From Candidatus Nanosyncoccus sp. (GTDB lineage: Bacteria; Patescibacteriota; Saccharimonadia; Saccharimonadales; Saccharimonadaceae), in the NCBI GenBank assembly GCA_045638045.1, contig JAZUAP010000007.1, positions 5,907-69,906 of the forward strand: 64,000 nucleotides of DNA. The letters run 5' to 3'. Of this stretch, positions 1 through 9,155 are shown piece after piece. The position numbers were made by a program, and so were the translations under genes. Under the pieces are notes generated by a model. It had not been told where the DNA came from. It ran no database searches and worked only from the letters and a program-made list of their open reading frames with translations. Numbering within the stretch: the stretch's first letter is position 1; each line of letters starts with the position of its first letter.

Positions 1-1665
1 ATCAGATGAAGTGCCGTTGAAAGCCTTAGTGGCAACTTGGGTATTATCTCCTGAGTTAGCGCAAGTAGAGCCAGTCCATTTGCCTTGGTAAATCATCTTC
101 ACACCACCAGAACCAGTAGTACGGACAATGCGCCAACAGGTGTCTGATGTGGTGAGGCTCCCTTTGCTGGATGCAGTTGAGAGAACTACAGTATTAGGAT
201 GAGCTGCATTATCACCATTGCTGCCATATGAACCTGTTGTATTATCTAAGATGCCGCGGTAGTAGTAGATTTTGTTGTCATTGGAAGCGTCAGAGGAGGT
301 GCCAAAGACTGAGCTATTATATTCATAAACGCCGGAATTGTCTGCAGTGATGGCGGCACGGAGTTCAGCAAGAGTTTGAGTGCCTTTGCTTTGAGCAGCG
401 ACAATGTCATACAGCTTTGTTGAAGTTGGCGGTTTAGGATCATCACCTTTTATGCATCTCACATATTGACCTCTTGTCTTTACAGCATTGTTTACTGATA
501 ATGCGTTATTCATGTATCGAAGTTGATATGTATTTGTCCCGCTACTTGCAATAGTAGTCCACCAGAAACCCCTATCAGTATTTGAAGGTGATCCGCCAGC
601 GTATGCTCCACCAGCAACTGGGGAGAAGATGTCTTTGTAGCTGGTTATCCCATTAATATCTGCCTGTGTAGGTAACTTCCAGCCAGCCGGACAAATATCT
701 TCAGTAGCATCAACTTGTGTTTGACTGCAAACTGTAGCAGCCGAAACGGAACAGTAATTATACCAAACTGTATCTCCACCTACACTATCAACTCCAACAT
801 GTGTACGGGCTTGAGTATAACTGTTGCCAGACGTCAAATCACCAGCCGATATATTCACATCATCGCCGTCAAAGTTAGAAAAGGCTGCCGATATCGTACC
901 AGTAATCCTGAGGTTCTGTGTCATCCAATAATTACCATTAATCTTGGTGATTTGATAGTTGTTTTCATCACGTTTGTCATAAAGGGTGGTACTGTCGCCG
1001 TCATTTGGCATTAATTCAGCAAGATCTGCTTTTGTCATATCCTGCATGTATGGTTTGGTTACCAAACACTCCTCCGCCATAGTAAGGTAATAAACTATAG
1101 TGCCATTATTGTTATTAGGATCATTAGTATCAGGTATCATTCTATATGATCCAGGTCTCAGATCATTTCCTACAGCAACGCCATAATATAGGCTAAATGC
1201 ATCACTAGTACTACTAGATGATTTAACTATAGCTGGAGCGGATGAGACAGCAGGAACTGCCCTAAAGACAGATGATGAAGTAGGAACATTACTACCGTCC
1301 TGATAGAATCCCCAAGTATTAGGAGCACTTGATAAAGATGTTGTACCATCAGAAGGATTGAAATATGTACCATTAGCATTATTAGAACTATCACCATTTA
1401 AATACAATTTATTATCATTGACTGATGTTGAAATAGAAAGATTATAGCCATAAGGACAAGTTGTAGTAACTGTTACTGCGTCTTCACTGATACTAGTTCC
1501 AATTCCAGAAGTATCTGGTGCTACATTGATGCTTTGAGCTCCTGAGGAAGTCATGGAAATAGTATAGTCTGCATAGGCTGAATTAGTTAAAACAAAGAAA
1601 GATAAAAAAGATATCAAAATAAGCGATATAACAGCGCTAACCTTACACTTTTTCTTGTGCACCAC
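1..1665 (-). CDS. Secreted surface protein, 3'-truncated by the window edge (signal peptide + family N-terminal module + FISUMP domain + 'YYYRG...CWRIVRTTGSGGVKMIYQG' module)
   Basis: Absent from the ORF track because its stop lies left of position 1. My reverse-strand translation from GTG 1665 is open for all 555 codons; GGAG lies 4 nt upstream and an in-frame TAA lies just upstream. N-terminus: VVHKKKCKVSAVISLILISFLSFFVLTNSAYA/DYTISM. FISUMP landmarks at about 445..990: YDKRDENNYQITKINGNYWMTQNL, ICPAGWKLPT, RGQYVRCIKG. Then IYYYRGILDNTTGSYG...CWRIVRTTGSGGVKMIYQGKWTGSTC, paralogous to 33070..36045. Confidence 0.8.
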   Translation of the reverse strand, partial: MVHKKKCKVSAVISLILISFLSFFVLTNSAYADYTISMTSSGAQSINVAPDTSGIGTSISEDAVTVTTTCPYGYNLSISTSVNDNKLYLNGDSSNNANGTYFNPSDGTTSLSSAPNTWGFYQDGSNVPTSSSVFRAVPAVSSAPAIVKSSSSTSDAFSLYYGVAVGNDLRPGSYRMIPDTNDPNNNNGTIVYYLTMAEECLVTKPYMQDMTKADLAELMPNDGDSTTLYDKRDENNYQITKINGNYWMTQNLRITGTISAAFSNFDGDDVNISAGDLTSGNSYTQARTHVGVDSVGGDTVWYNYCSVSAATVCSQTQVDATEDICPAGWKLPTQADINGITSYKDIFSPVAGGAYAGGSPSNTDRGFWWTTIASSGTNTYQLRYMNNALSVNNAVKTRGQYVRCIKGDDPKPPTSTKLYDIVAAQSKGTQTLAELRAAITADNSGVYEYNSSVFGTSSDASNDNKIYYYRGILDNTTGSYGSNGDNAAHPNTVVLSTASSKGSLTTSDTCWRIVRTTGSGGVKMIYQGKWTGSTCANSGDNTQVATKAFNGTSSD

Positions 1666-1699
1666 AAAACTCCACAGTTTAAAATTAGGTTATGTTTAT

Positions 1700-1728
1700 A
1701 TTTTATCTTTTTTATGAGAGAACGTCAA
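1700..1728 (-). promoter_or_regulatory. sigma70-type promoter of the 1..1665 gene
   Basis: Read on the minus strand: TTGACG (1728..1723), 17 nt spacer, TAAAAT (1705..1700). A leader of about 30 nt with GGAG precedes GTG 1665. Confidence 0.5.
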
Positions 1729-1730
1729 TA

Positions 1731-2969
1731 TTATTTTTGAAGCAATTTACTGATTTTGGCCTTGAGCTTGTTCTCCTCGGGAGCGCCAGCAAGGGTGTCG
1801 GTGCCGACTCTGATTAGGCCAAGAGCTGTTGCAAAGGAATGATCAAGCAGGCTGGTGCCTTCCACATTTAACTTTGCAATATCAAGATCAGGAAGCTCGG
1901 CAACGTCAATTAGGTGTATTACTGGGCGACGCGAAAATGGTAGGGTTTTGTACCAATCGGAAATAGCGAGCTCCTCCTGAAGTAGCGACAAGCTAGCGCC
2001 ACCACCACATAACAGTACATTTCGTGGTAGGCTACCCATACTATTAAATTCCTCTAAAGCAACCTCGACACCAGTCATCCAGACGGATAAATTGCGCGAG
2101 ATGGCGGTTTCGACTTTGGCTTTGACGCGATCGTCAAGTTTAGTCGTGTCAAAATCTAACTTGTATTGCTCAGCGGTATCAAAATCGACGCCAAGCGAAC
2201 CAGCTATTTGATGAGTAAAGCTACGGCCACCAATAGAAAACATCTTAGTGCCTTCGACTCCACCATCTTCTACTACCGCGATATCGGTCGTGCCACCGCC
2301 AATATCCATCACGATACCGGAAAAATTAGAGCTTAAGTCGTCGCCAAGGCAGGCGCGACAAACAGCGAATGGTTCAACGGCTACAGTAAGCAAATCGAGG
2401 TTTAGTTCAGCGCAAACTTTTTCAATGGCGGCGACATGAATGAGTGGGGCAAATGCTGTATAAAACTGGATAACTACATCGGAACCTTTGAAGCCGATGG
2501 GGTTTGAAATTTTATAGCCGTCAATAGTGAGAGAAACAATGGCGGAGTTAATTAAACGAACTTCGACATTCTTATTATCTGTTTCAATTGCGACAGTTTT
2601 TTTGGCAACTTCGCCGGATTTTTGCTGAACCTTGCGGATAATTTCTTCCATTTCGGATTCGGTAATAGGTTTGTTAGGGTTCTTACGATTATAATTAACA
2701 GTGGTGGTATTACCTTTAATGAGTTCGCCTGCGATACCAACCACAGTGAGGCCAGCGCGTTCACCAGCTTGTTCTTCAACTTGAACTAAGGCCTCCTCGC
2801 AGACATTGACGACAGCAGGAATGTCAGCTACTGCACCGGCATGCATGTTACCCTCGGTTTGTTTGGCTTTTCCAACACCGAGAATTTCGAGCTTGCCATT
2901 TTTTACGGGCTTAGCTAACACAGCCTTGACAAATTCCGTACCAATATCAAGTCCTAAAATAGTACTCAT
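1731..2969 (-). CDS. ftsA: Actin-fold ATPase, probable cell-division protein FtsA
   Basis: 412 aa. Actin/HSP70 phosphate motifs: LGLDIGTEFVKAV, DIGGGTTDIAVV, LCGGGASL. C-terminal K-rich amphipathic helix (KLKAKISKLLQK) like the FtsA membrane-targeting helix. ATGA overlap with the upstream gene. A PilM-type protein is not excluded. Confidence 0.65.
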   Translation of the reverse strand: MSTILGLDIGTEFVKAVLAKPVKNGKLEILGVGKAKQTEGNMHAGAVADIPAVVNVCEEALVQVEEQAGERAGLTVVGIAGELIKGNTTTVNYNRKNPNKPITESEMEEIIRKVQQKSGEVAKKTVAIETDNKNVEVRLINSAIVSLTIDGYKISNPIGFKGSDVVIQFYTAFAPLIHVAAIEKVCAELNLDLLTVAVEPFAVCRACLGDDLSSNFSGIVMDIGGGTTDIAVVEDGGVEGTKMFSIGGRSFTHQIAGSLGVDFDTAEQYKLDFDTTKLDDRVKAKVETAISRNLSVWMTGVEVALEEFNSMGSLPRNVLLCGGGASLSLLQEELAISDWYKTLPFSRRPVIHLIDVAELPDLDIAKLNVEGTSLLDHSFATALGLIRVGTDTLAGAPEENKLKAKISKLLQK

Positions 2970-3637
2970 ATCTCTATTATATCATATTTACCAAAAGCGA
3001 GATTGCCTAACTTATATTTTCCAAATTGGGTACGATGAAGTTTGGTAACTTTATAACCTAAAGTCGCAAAGGTGCGGCGGATTTGCCGATTACGACCTTC
3101 GGTAAGAGTAACGATATACTTTTTATCATCACGAACCACCGTAAATTTACTAGGGCCATCCTCGAGCATGACACCGAAATCGGAGATCATTTGTTGATGC
3201 AAAGGCTGTAATGGTTTGTCGAGCTCAACTTCATAAATCTTTTCTTTATGAAACTTGGGGTGGGTCATTTGATAGGCAAAATCGCCATCATTAGTTAAAA
3301 GAATCACGCCAGACGAATCCTTGTCGAGGCGTCCGACAGTTTTGAGTTTGTGAAATTTTTTGGGGAGAATTTCATAAATGGTAGGAGTTTTGCCTTGAGC
3401 GTGACGAGAGCAAACATAACCTACGGGTTTATTAAATGCAATATATAAATACTCCGCATCAAAAGGAATAATTTTATTATTATAACATATCTTTGACTTA
3501 TTGTCTATTTTATTTCCTATTATAGCTTTTTTGCCATTGATGGTGATTTTTCCTGAAGCAATCAATTCATCCGCTTCGCGCCGAGACACTCCAAGACGTT
3601 CAGCAAGGAATTTATTGAGCCGAATTTTCGTTTCCAT
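2966..3637 (-). CDS. rRNA pseudouridine synthase, RsuA/RluB family
   Basis: 223 aa. S4 RNA-binding domain (RLNKFLAERLGVSRREADELIASGKITINGK) plus catalytic motif GRLDKDSSGVILLTNDG. Confidence 0.85.
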   Translation of the reverse strand: METKIRLNKFLAERLGVSRREADELIASGKITINGKKAIIGNKIDNKSKICYNNKIIPFDAEYLYIAFNKPVGYVCSRHAQGKTPTIYEILPKKFHKLKTVGRLDKDSSGVILLTNDGDFAYQMTHPKFHKEKIYEVELDKPLQPLHQQMISDFGVMLEDGPSKFTVVRDDKKYIVTLTEGRNRQIRRTFATLGYKVTKLHRTQFGKYKLGNLAFGKYDIIEI

Positions 3638-3644
3638 TTTCGGC

Positions 3645-4217
3645 CTAAGGTTGTGATGCTGGTTCAGAATTAGCTACAGTGGTCTCAGTTGAAGCCTGCT
3701 CGGTTGTTTCGGGTGCTGATTTTTCTGGTGCTTGAGCTGGTTGAGCTGGGGTTTCAGAAGTCGGTGTTTCCGTTGCAGTTGTTTGAGCTGGTTGAGCTGT
3801 AGTTGGCGCTTCAGGTGTTGTTGCATCTGGAGCAGGGGTAGCATTAGGTTTGTCGCCGAGTACTTCATGAATCGCGTTTACGACATCTTCGATGCCGACT
3901 TGCGATTTAACCAAATAACGGTTGGCACCAAGTCGTTCACCACGTTCGCGTTGATCATCAGCGGAAAGGGCAGTCATCATTATTACTTTAATATCGGCGG
4001 TTTCCGGAGTCGATCTTAGAATATCTAACATATCAAAACCAGAAATTTTCGGCATCATTACGTCTGATAAAATCAAATCGGGTTTTTCACGTACAGCTAC
4101 TGCGAGAGCTTCCTCACCATCTCCAGCTGATACGACATCGTAACCCTCTGCGGTGATACGAATACTGTATATTTCACGTAGACTTGCGTCGTCTTCGACA
4201 ACCATTATTTTGCTCAT
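3645..4217 (-). CDS. Single-domain (CheY-like) response regulator with a Pro/Thr/Ala/Glu-rich C-terminal tail
   Basis: 190 aa. Receiver domain (MVVEDD..., LILSDVMMPKISGFD, ...YLVKS) with no DNA-binding output domain. The last ~70 aa (about 3645..3855) are low complexity: TPAPDATTPEAPTTAQPAQTTATETPTSETPAQPAQAPEKS. Confidence 0.85.
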   Translation of the reverse strand: MSKIMVVEDDASLREIYSIRITAEGYDVVSAGDGEEALAVAVREKPDLILSDVMMPKISGFDMLDILRSTPETADIKVIMMTALSADDQRERGERLGANRYLVKSQVGIEDVVNAIHEVLGDKPNATPAPDATTPEAPTTAQPAQTTATETPTSETPAQPAQAPEKSAPETTEQASTETTVANSEPASQP

Positions 4218-5815
4218 TTTGCTTCTCCGTTTAAGTTGTTATTATTTGTTGGTGAACTAGGTTGAGTTGGCGCCACAGGCGCGGGCGAAACTGGGGCATT
4301 TGGGGCAGGAGGGGCTGTAGGCGTAGTAGGAGGGGTTGGCGTTGGAGCTGGAGTAGTTGGCGTTGGAGCTGATGCTGGAGTAGTTGGCGTTGGAGCTGGA
4401 GTAGTTGGCGTTGGAGCTGGTGCCACTGGCGCTGGAGCCACTGGTGTTGTTGTAGCTATCGGTGTAGCTGGAACTGGAGCAGTAGTTGGTGCTGGAGTAG
4501 TCGGAGTGGCTGGTGTAGCCGGTGTTGCTGGGACTGCAGGAGTAGTTGGTGTCGGTGTTGCGGGTGTAGCTGGTGGAGTTGGATTAGGTTGAAGCTTTTG
4601 GTTATTTACAGCTATCATGCGTTTTTCATACTCATCTTGCGAAATGCGAGGCAGGGAAACATAAAACGTTGACCCTTCGCCAAAACCAGATTCTGCCCAT
4701 ACGCGACCGCCCATGGCTTCTACACGTTGTTTGACTAAGTAAAGGCCTAGTCCAGTACCACCAACTTCACGCGTATCGGAGTTATCAGCACGATAGAATT
4801 TTTGGAATATATGCGTCAAATCATCCGATGAAATACCAATCCCGGTGTCAGTAATATTAATCAAAACATTATCGCCATCACCACGAACATTGACATAAAC
4901 CGAACCACCACTCGGTGTATATTTAAGAGCATTTTCGATTAAATTATCTAAAATTTCACGCATGAAGCTGGTGTCTATTGAACTATAGACTACTTGGTTT
5001 AATCGATGAGATGGATCAAAATTTCCAGTATCGTTAGAACCGTAACTAAATGTTATTTTTGCTTTCTTAGCTCGTTCTATATAGTCATTGAATATTGACT
5101 GAACAAAACTACTCATTTCAACTGGTTCAAGATGAGCCCTGATTTTGCCGTCGTCAAGCTTAGTAACATCAAGAAGATCTTGAAATAGCTTACCAAGATG
5201 CTTCGAAGCTTTTTGTGCCGCAGTTAAATATCCTCTTGCACGGTCGTCTAAAGTAGCAGTTTGAGGGTTTAACGCTAATGATAGGTAGCCGTCGATAGTT
5301 GCGACTGGTGTACGCATTTCGTGCGAAGCGGTAGAAATAAATTCGGTTGTTTCGCCTTGCTGTTCTAGTTCGGCGGTGATATTACGGAAAGTAATGATAC
5401 GGTTTTGCGATAAACCTTCAGCTGGGAGCATGGAGATTGCAATCGGGATTCGTTTGTTGGATTTGGTGGAAACCAGAATTAATTCGGCACGTTCTAAAGG
5501 TTGGTTGGTTTTCATGGCAATTATTAAAGGGTTCTCATTTTCAGAAAGAGGGGCACCATCTTTGGATTCTAGTTTGATAACTAAGCCATAATCTAAACCA
5601 ATCGCATTATTAGGCGAACCAATTTCTGTCATTGTTACAGCAGCAGGGTTAATATAGCGTACAACGCCTGCCTTATCGGTCATAACTACACCATCATGAA
5701 TGGCTTTTAAGGTCATTTCAGCTAAAACCGCCTGGTTGTCAGCAGGCTTTTTAGATGGCCCATTCGGGTCGGCTGGTTTTTTGAACTTGTCAAATAAATC
5801 CTTAATCGATTCCAT
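4214..5815 (-). CDS. Soluble sensor histidine kinase (PAS + HisKA + HATPase_c) with a ~125-aa Pro/Thr/Ala tail
   Basis: 533 aa with no TM segment. H-box STASHEMRTPVATIDGY. ATPase boxes NLIENALKYT, DTGIGI, GGTGLGL. C-terminal tail PTPPATPATPTPTTPAVPATPATPATPTTPAP... 4-nt overlap with the regulator gene. Extended -10 (TGtTAAAAT, 5832..5824 read on minus) lies 8 nt from the ATG. Confidence 0.9.
   Translation of the reverse strand: MESIKDLFDKFKKPADPNGPSKKPADNQAVLAEMTLKAIHDGVVMTDKAGVVRYINPAAVTMTEIGSPNNAIGLDYGLVIKLESKDGAPLSENENPLIIAMKTNQPLERAELILVSTKSNKRIPIAISMLPAEGLSQNRIITFRNITAELEQQGETTEFISTASHEMRTPVATIDGYLSLALNPQTATLDDRARGYLTAAQKASKHLGKLFQDLLDVTKLDDGKIRAHLEPVEMSSFVQSIFNDYIERAKKAKITFSYGSNDTGNFDPSHRLNQVVYSSIDTSFMREILDNLIENALKYTPSGGSVYVNVRGDGDNVLINITDTGIGISSDDLTHIFQKFYRADNSDTREVGGTGLGLYLVKQRVEAMGGRVWAESGFGEGSTFYVSLPRISQDEYEKRMIAVNNQKLQPNPTPPATPATPTPTTPAVPATPATPATPTTPAPTTAPVPATPIATTTPVAPAPVAPAPTPTTPAPTPTTPASAPTPTTPAPTPTPPTTPTAPPAPNAPVSPAPVAPTQPSSPTNNNNLNGEAK
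4260..4600. repeat. Imperfect tandem DNA repeats encoding the kinase PT-rich tail
   Basis: Units such as ggagtagttggcgttggagctg recur back to back (for example 4335..4430). The composition is more GC-rich than the flanks. Confidence 0.8.
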
Positions 5816-5863
5816 TTATGTTTATTTTAACACAAAAATTTAAAAATGTGCTAAAATTTAATT

Positions 5864-7690
5864 ATGAATAAAGACGTGATTTATATTGAACCTGAGGATG
5901 ATATTACTGACATCATTCTCAAAATCGAAAATTCGAAAGAGAAAATCGTTGCTCTTGTCCCGCCTAAAAAAGCAGGTGTGTTTCGAAGCGTAGTTAATAT
6001 AAAATTAATCGCAAAAGCTGGCGCTTCTAACGATAAAACTGTGGTTCTAGTTACCGTAGATCCATCGATTCTAAAATTAGCCGCTTCAGCAAAACTTCCA
6101 GTCACTAAAGATTTGAATTCTGCCCCCGAAGTACCTTCTCTTGACGATGAAGATGAAGGAGATGACGACAGTGAAGAAGAATTGGTTGAAGAAGAAGATG
6201 GCACGGTAGAAACTGAAGAGGATGTAGAAGAATTAGAGCCTTCAAAAAAGAAAAAGAATCCTAAAGATGAAGCTGAGAACGAGGACGATGAAGATGAGGA
6301 TGATGAAGAAGAGGAGGGAAAACCTGCAAAAAAGTCCCCCAAATCAAAAAAGAATAAGGGTCTTTCGGGTCACAAATTACTTGATTGGATTAAAGTTCAT
6401 AAAAAGCTTTCGATCTTTATCGCGATTATGATTTTAGGACTGATTGGATTTTTGATTTGGGCATTTATTTTTGCGCCGGAAGTTGATGTAGCTATAGCAA
6501 TTAAAACCGATCAAAAGAATTTCTCGGAAAACATTACATTTACCGATAATCTTGCTGACGAAAGCGCCAAAGAAGGTAAGTTTTATTTGGAACAGAAGAA
6601 AACCGAGAACGTTCAGGAAGTTAGTTTTGATGCAACCGGACAAAAGAATCGTGGCGAACGGGCTTCAGGCTCAGTGATCGTGTTTGCTTATTTCCCAATG
6701 AATATTCGTGGCTCAATTCCAATTAATGCTGGAAATACCTTCACTGTTTCGGGTTTATCATATTCAGCAAATGCCGCAGTTTCACTTTCGTATGATGGTG
6801 ACGGTAAGAGTGGATGTGATAATAAAGATAATCCTGAAGAATTGGTTGATTTGGGCTGTCGTGTCTCTGCTAAGGTAGCCGTAACAGCAGTAGAACCAGG
6901 CACTAAATACAACATCGCCAAACAAACAACTGGTTGGAGCACTAACGCACCAGTGACGGTTTATTCTGACGACCAAATGTCTGGCGGAACCGATGATATT
7001 GTCACCGTAGTGCAACAAGCTGACGTAGAAAAAGCTAAAAATGAATTGGCTTCTACGAAAGAAGATGAATTAAAAGAGAAGCTTTATGCGACAATTGACG
7101 ATAAGTATTATGTTGTTGATTCAACTTTTGAAATCAAGGCCGATTCGGCAGTAGCTACTCCGGGCGTTGATGAAGAAGTCAAAGGTGATACTAAGCCAGT
7201 ATTAAAAGCTACTACAACAGCTTCGGTCTATGTAATCGATAAAGTAAAACTCAAAGAATTCATCGACGAAAAAGCTGACTTTAATGATGATCAAGAAATA
7301 TACGACGTAAGAGATATTTATATTGATAATATTTCAAATATCAAGAGTGGTGCTACAACCAAGTTGAAAGCACAATACTACCTTGGTCCAAAGATTACAG
7401 AAACTGATGTAGTTGACAAAATCAGAGGACGTGGTCTGGGCGATGCCGGAAGAGTAATACGTGATATTTACGGCGTATCAGATGTAAAAATTAATCCATC
7501 TTATCCATGGGTAATGTCAGTACCTGGTGATTCAAATAAAGTCCATGTATCGTTTGAAGTTAAAGACCAGGACGGCAACGAAATCAAAGAGAATGACGAA
7601 AATGCAGAAGACGAAAAATCGGAAGATTCGAAGGATTCTGAAGATAAAAAAGATGATTCTAAAAAAGAAGAAAACTCTGATAAAAAATAG
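5864..7690 (+). CDS. Hypothetical membrane protein: soluble N-domain, acidic linker, one TM helix, large extracytoplasmic domain
   Basis: 608 aa. TGcTAAAAT (-10 at 5852..5857) lies 6 nt from the ATG. D/E-rich stretch at aa ~95-160. TM helix LSIFIAIMILGLIGFLIWAFIF. Acidic/Lys-rich C-terminus. No family recognised. Confidence 0.6.
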   Translation: MNKDVIYIEPEDDITDIILKIENSKEKIVALVPPKKAGVFRSVVNIKLIAKAGASNDKTVVLVTVDPSILKLAASAKLPVTKDLNSAPEVPSLDDEDEGDDDSEEELVEEEDGTVETEEDVEELEPSKKKKNPKDEAENEDDEDEDDEEEEGKPAKKSPKSKKNKGLSGHKLLDWIKVHKKLSIFIAIMILGLIGFLIWAFIFAPEVDVAIAIKTDQKNFSENITFTDNLADESAKEGKFYLEQKKTENVQEVSFDATGQKNRGERASGSVIVFAYFPMNIRGSIPINAGNTFTVSGLSYSANAAVSLSYDGDGKSGCDNKDNPEELVDLGCRVSAKVAVTAVEPGTKYNIAKQTTGWSTNAPVTVYSDDQMSGGTDDIVTVVQQADVEKAKNELASTKEDELKEKLYATIDDKYYVVDSTFEIKADSAVATPGVDEEVKGDTKPVLKATTTASVYVIDKVKLKEFIDEKADFNDDQEIYDVRDIYIDNISNIKSGATTKLKAQYYLGPKITETDVVDKIRGRGLGDAGRVIRDIYGVSDVKINPSYPWVMSVPGDSNKVHVSFEVKDQDGNEIKENDENAEDEKSEDSKDSEDKKDDSKKEENSDKK

Positions 7691-7715
7691 GTTTTAAGGA
7701 GATAATAACTGCGAG

Positions 7716-9155
7716 ATGAAGATTATAGGACTTGACGTAGGCGAAAAACGCATCGGTGTGTCACGTGCTGATTCGGGCACCCGAATCGCAGTACCGATTG
7801 GTTTTATTGATGTTGATGGTTCGGAATGGCAAGAAATTGCCCGATTGATGAGGTTAAATAGCACCAATTTCATAGTGCTGGGACTACCTCGAAGCAATGA
7901 AGGTAATGAAACGGAACAGTCAGCTTACGTGCGTAGTTTTGCTAAGAACTTAGTTGAAAGGATTCCAGAAGCGAGAGTACGGTTTCAGGATGAATCATTA
8001 ACCTCAGTAGTTGCAGAGGAAAGATTGAAGTCTCGTGGTAAGCCTTATCAAAAGGGCGACATCGACGCTGAAGCGGCTTCGATTATTTTGCAGGATTTTA
8101 TAGAGAGTTTTAAAGAACCCGATGTAAATAGTGTTGAAGAATCGCTGTCACAACAAGACTCGAATGCTGAACCACGTGACGACGGGATTGAAAGTAAACT
8201 CGTGGCAGGATCCGCACAACTACAAAATCTAGCAAAAAAGGAAAGTGATAAAGTGAAATTACAGGCAAAAAAAACAAAACATAAAATGAGCTTACTTACA
8301 AAATCGATTTCGATTATAACTGTTTTAGTTATTCTAGGAATTTTAGCTGTTGGGGGGTTGATGCTTTACAAGAAAAATCTAGACGAGGAAAGAGCTCAAT
8401 TTTGGGCTGAACAGGAAGCATTAATTAACGAAAATGCCACTTTTTCATTCACAATTCGTCCTGGAGAGACTATCTATGAGATTAAATCTGCTCTGGTTCA
8501 AGCAGGATATTCTACTACAGAGGTAGATGAAGCTTTTAATGCTAAATATGATTTCGATTTTCTGAAGGGACGTCCTGAAGGTGCTACCCTAGAGGGATAT
8601 TTATACGGTGAAACACATGAATTATATAAAACTAATAGCGTGAAAGATATTTTGACAAAATACTTAGAGGGAATGAAGGAGATTATTTCTCAAAATAATC
8701 TAGAAAAAAAGTTTGCCGACAGAGGCCTATCACTTTATGAAGGAATTACTCTTGCTTCAATTGTACAAAGTGAAACAGGAGCTTTAGTAGATGAAATGCC
8801 AAAAGTTGCGCAAGTTTTTTATAGCCGTTTAGCTTATGGAGTACCGCTTGGAAGCGACGTAACGGTATCTTACGCGCTTGACACTATCGATCCTGACAGG
8901 CAGGCACATACCGATAATCAGGCGGCTCTTGACGTCGATTCTTGCTACAATACGCGTAAAAATGTTGGTTTGCCATGTGGACCTATTTCTAATCCTGGTC
9001 TATCGGCTCTTCTTGCAGTTGCCGAGCCATCAGATACAGCTTATCTTTACTTCTTGACAGGAGACGACGGTTTGATGTATTATAGTTATACGGAGGATGA
9101 GCATATTCAGAATATTTATTCTCATTGCCAAAACCTCTGTAATGTATCACTATGA
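7716..9155 (+). CDS. ruvX-mltG: Fusion protein: RuvX/YqgF-like nuclease (N-terminal) + TM helix + MltG/YceG endolytic transglycosylase (C-terminal)
   Basis: One uninterrupted 479-aa ORF. aa 1-135 match the YqgF pattern: MKIIGLDVGEKRIGVS..., LGLPRSNEGNETEQS, RFQDESLTSVVAEE, DAEAASIILQDF. TM helix ISIITVLVILGILAVGGLMLY. YceG landmarks: FTIRPGETIYEI, ASIVQSE, YNTRKNVGLPCGPISNPG, YLYFLTGDDG. Confidence 0.85.
   Translation: MKIIGLDVGEKRIGVSRADSGTRIAVPIGFIDVDGSEWQEIARLMRLNSTNFIVLGLPRSNEGNETEQSAYVRSFAKNLVERIPEARVRFQDESLTSVVAEERLKSRGKPYQKGDIDAEAASIILQDFIESFKEPDVNSVEESLSQQDSNAEPRDDGIESKLVAGSAQLQNLAKKESDKVKLQAKKTKHKMSLLTKSISIITVLVILGILAVGGLMLYKKNLDEERAQFWAEQEALINENATFSFTIRPGETIYEIKSALVQAGYSTTEVDEAFNAKYDFDFLKGRPEGATLEGYLYGETHELYKTNSVKDILTKYLEGMKEIISQNNLEKKFADRGLSLYEGITLASIVQSETGALVDEMPKVAQVFYSRLAYGVPLGSDVTVSYALDTIDPDRQAHTDNQAALDVDSCYNTRKNVGLPCGPISNPGLSALLAVAEPSDTAYLYFLTGDDGLMYYSYTEDEHIQNIYSHCQNLCNVSL

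Noticed and set aside
3674-4019. 64-aa and 95-aa ORFs within the response-regulator gene
   Set aside because: They are alternative or antisense frames kept open by the low-complexity repeat DNA. The receiver-domain frame is unambiguous.
5881-6342. 153-aa poly-Ser ORF on the minus strand
   Set aside because: It is the antisense shadow of the GAA/GAT-rich acidic linker of the 5864..7690 gene. It has no start signals and its composition is purely a mirror of the sense strand.
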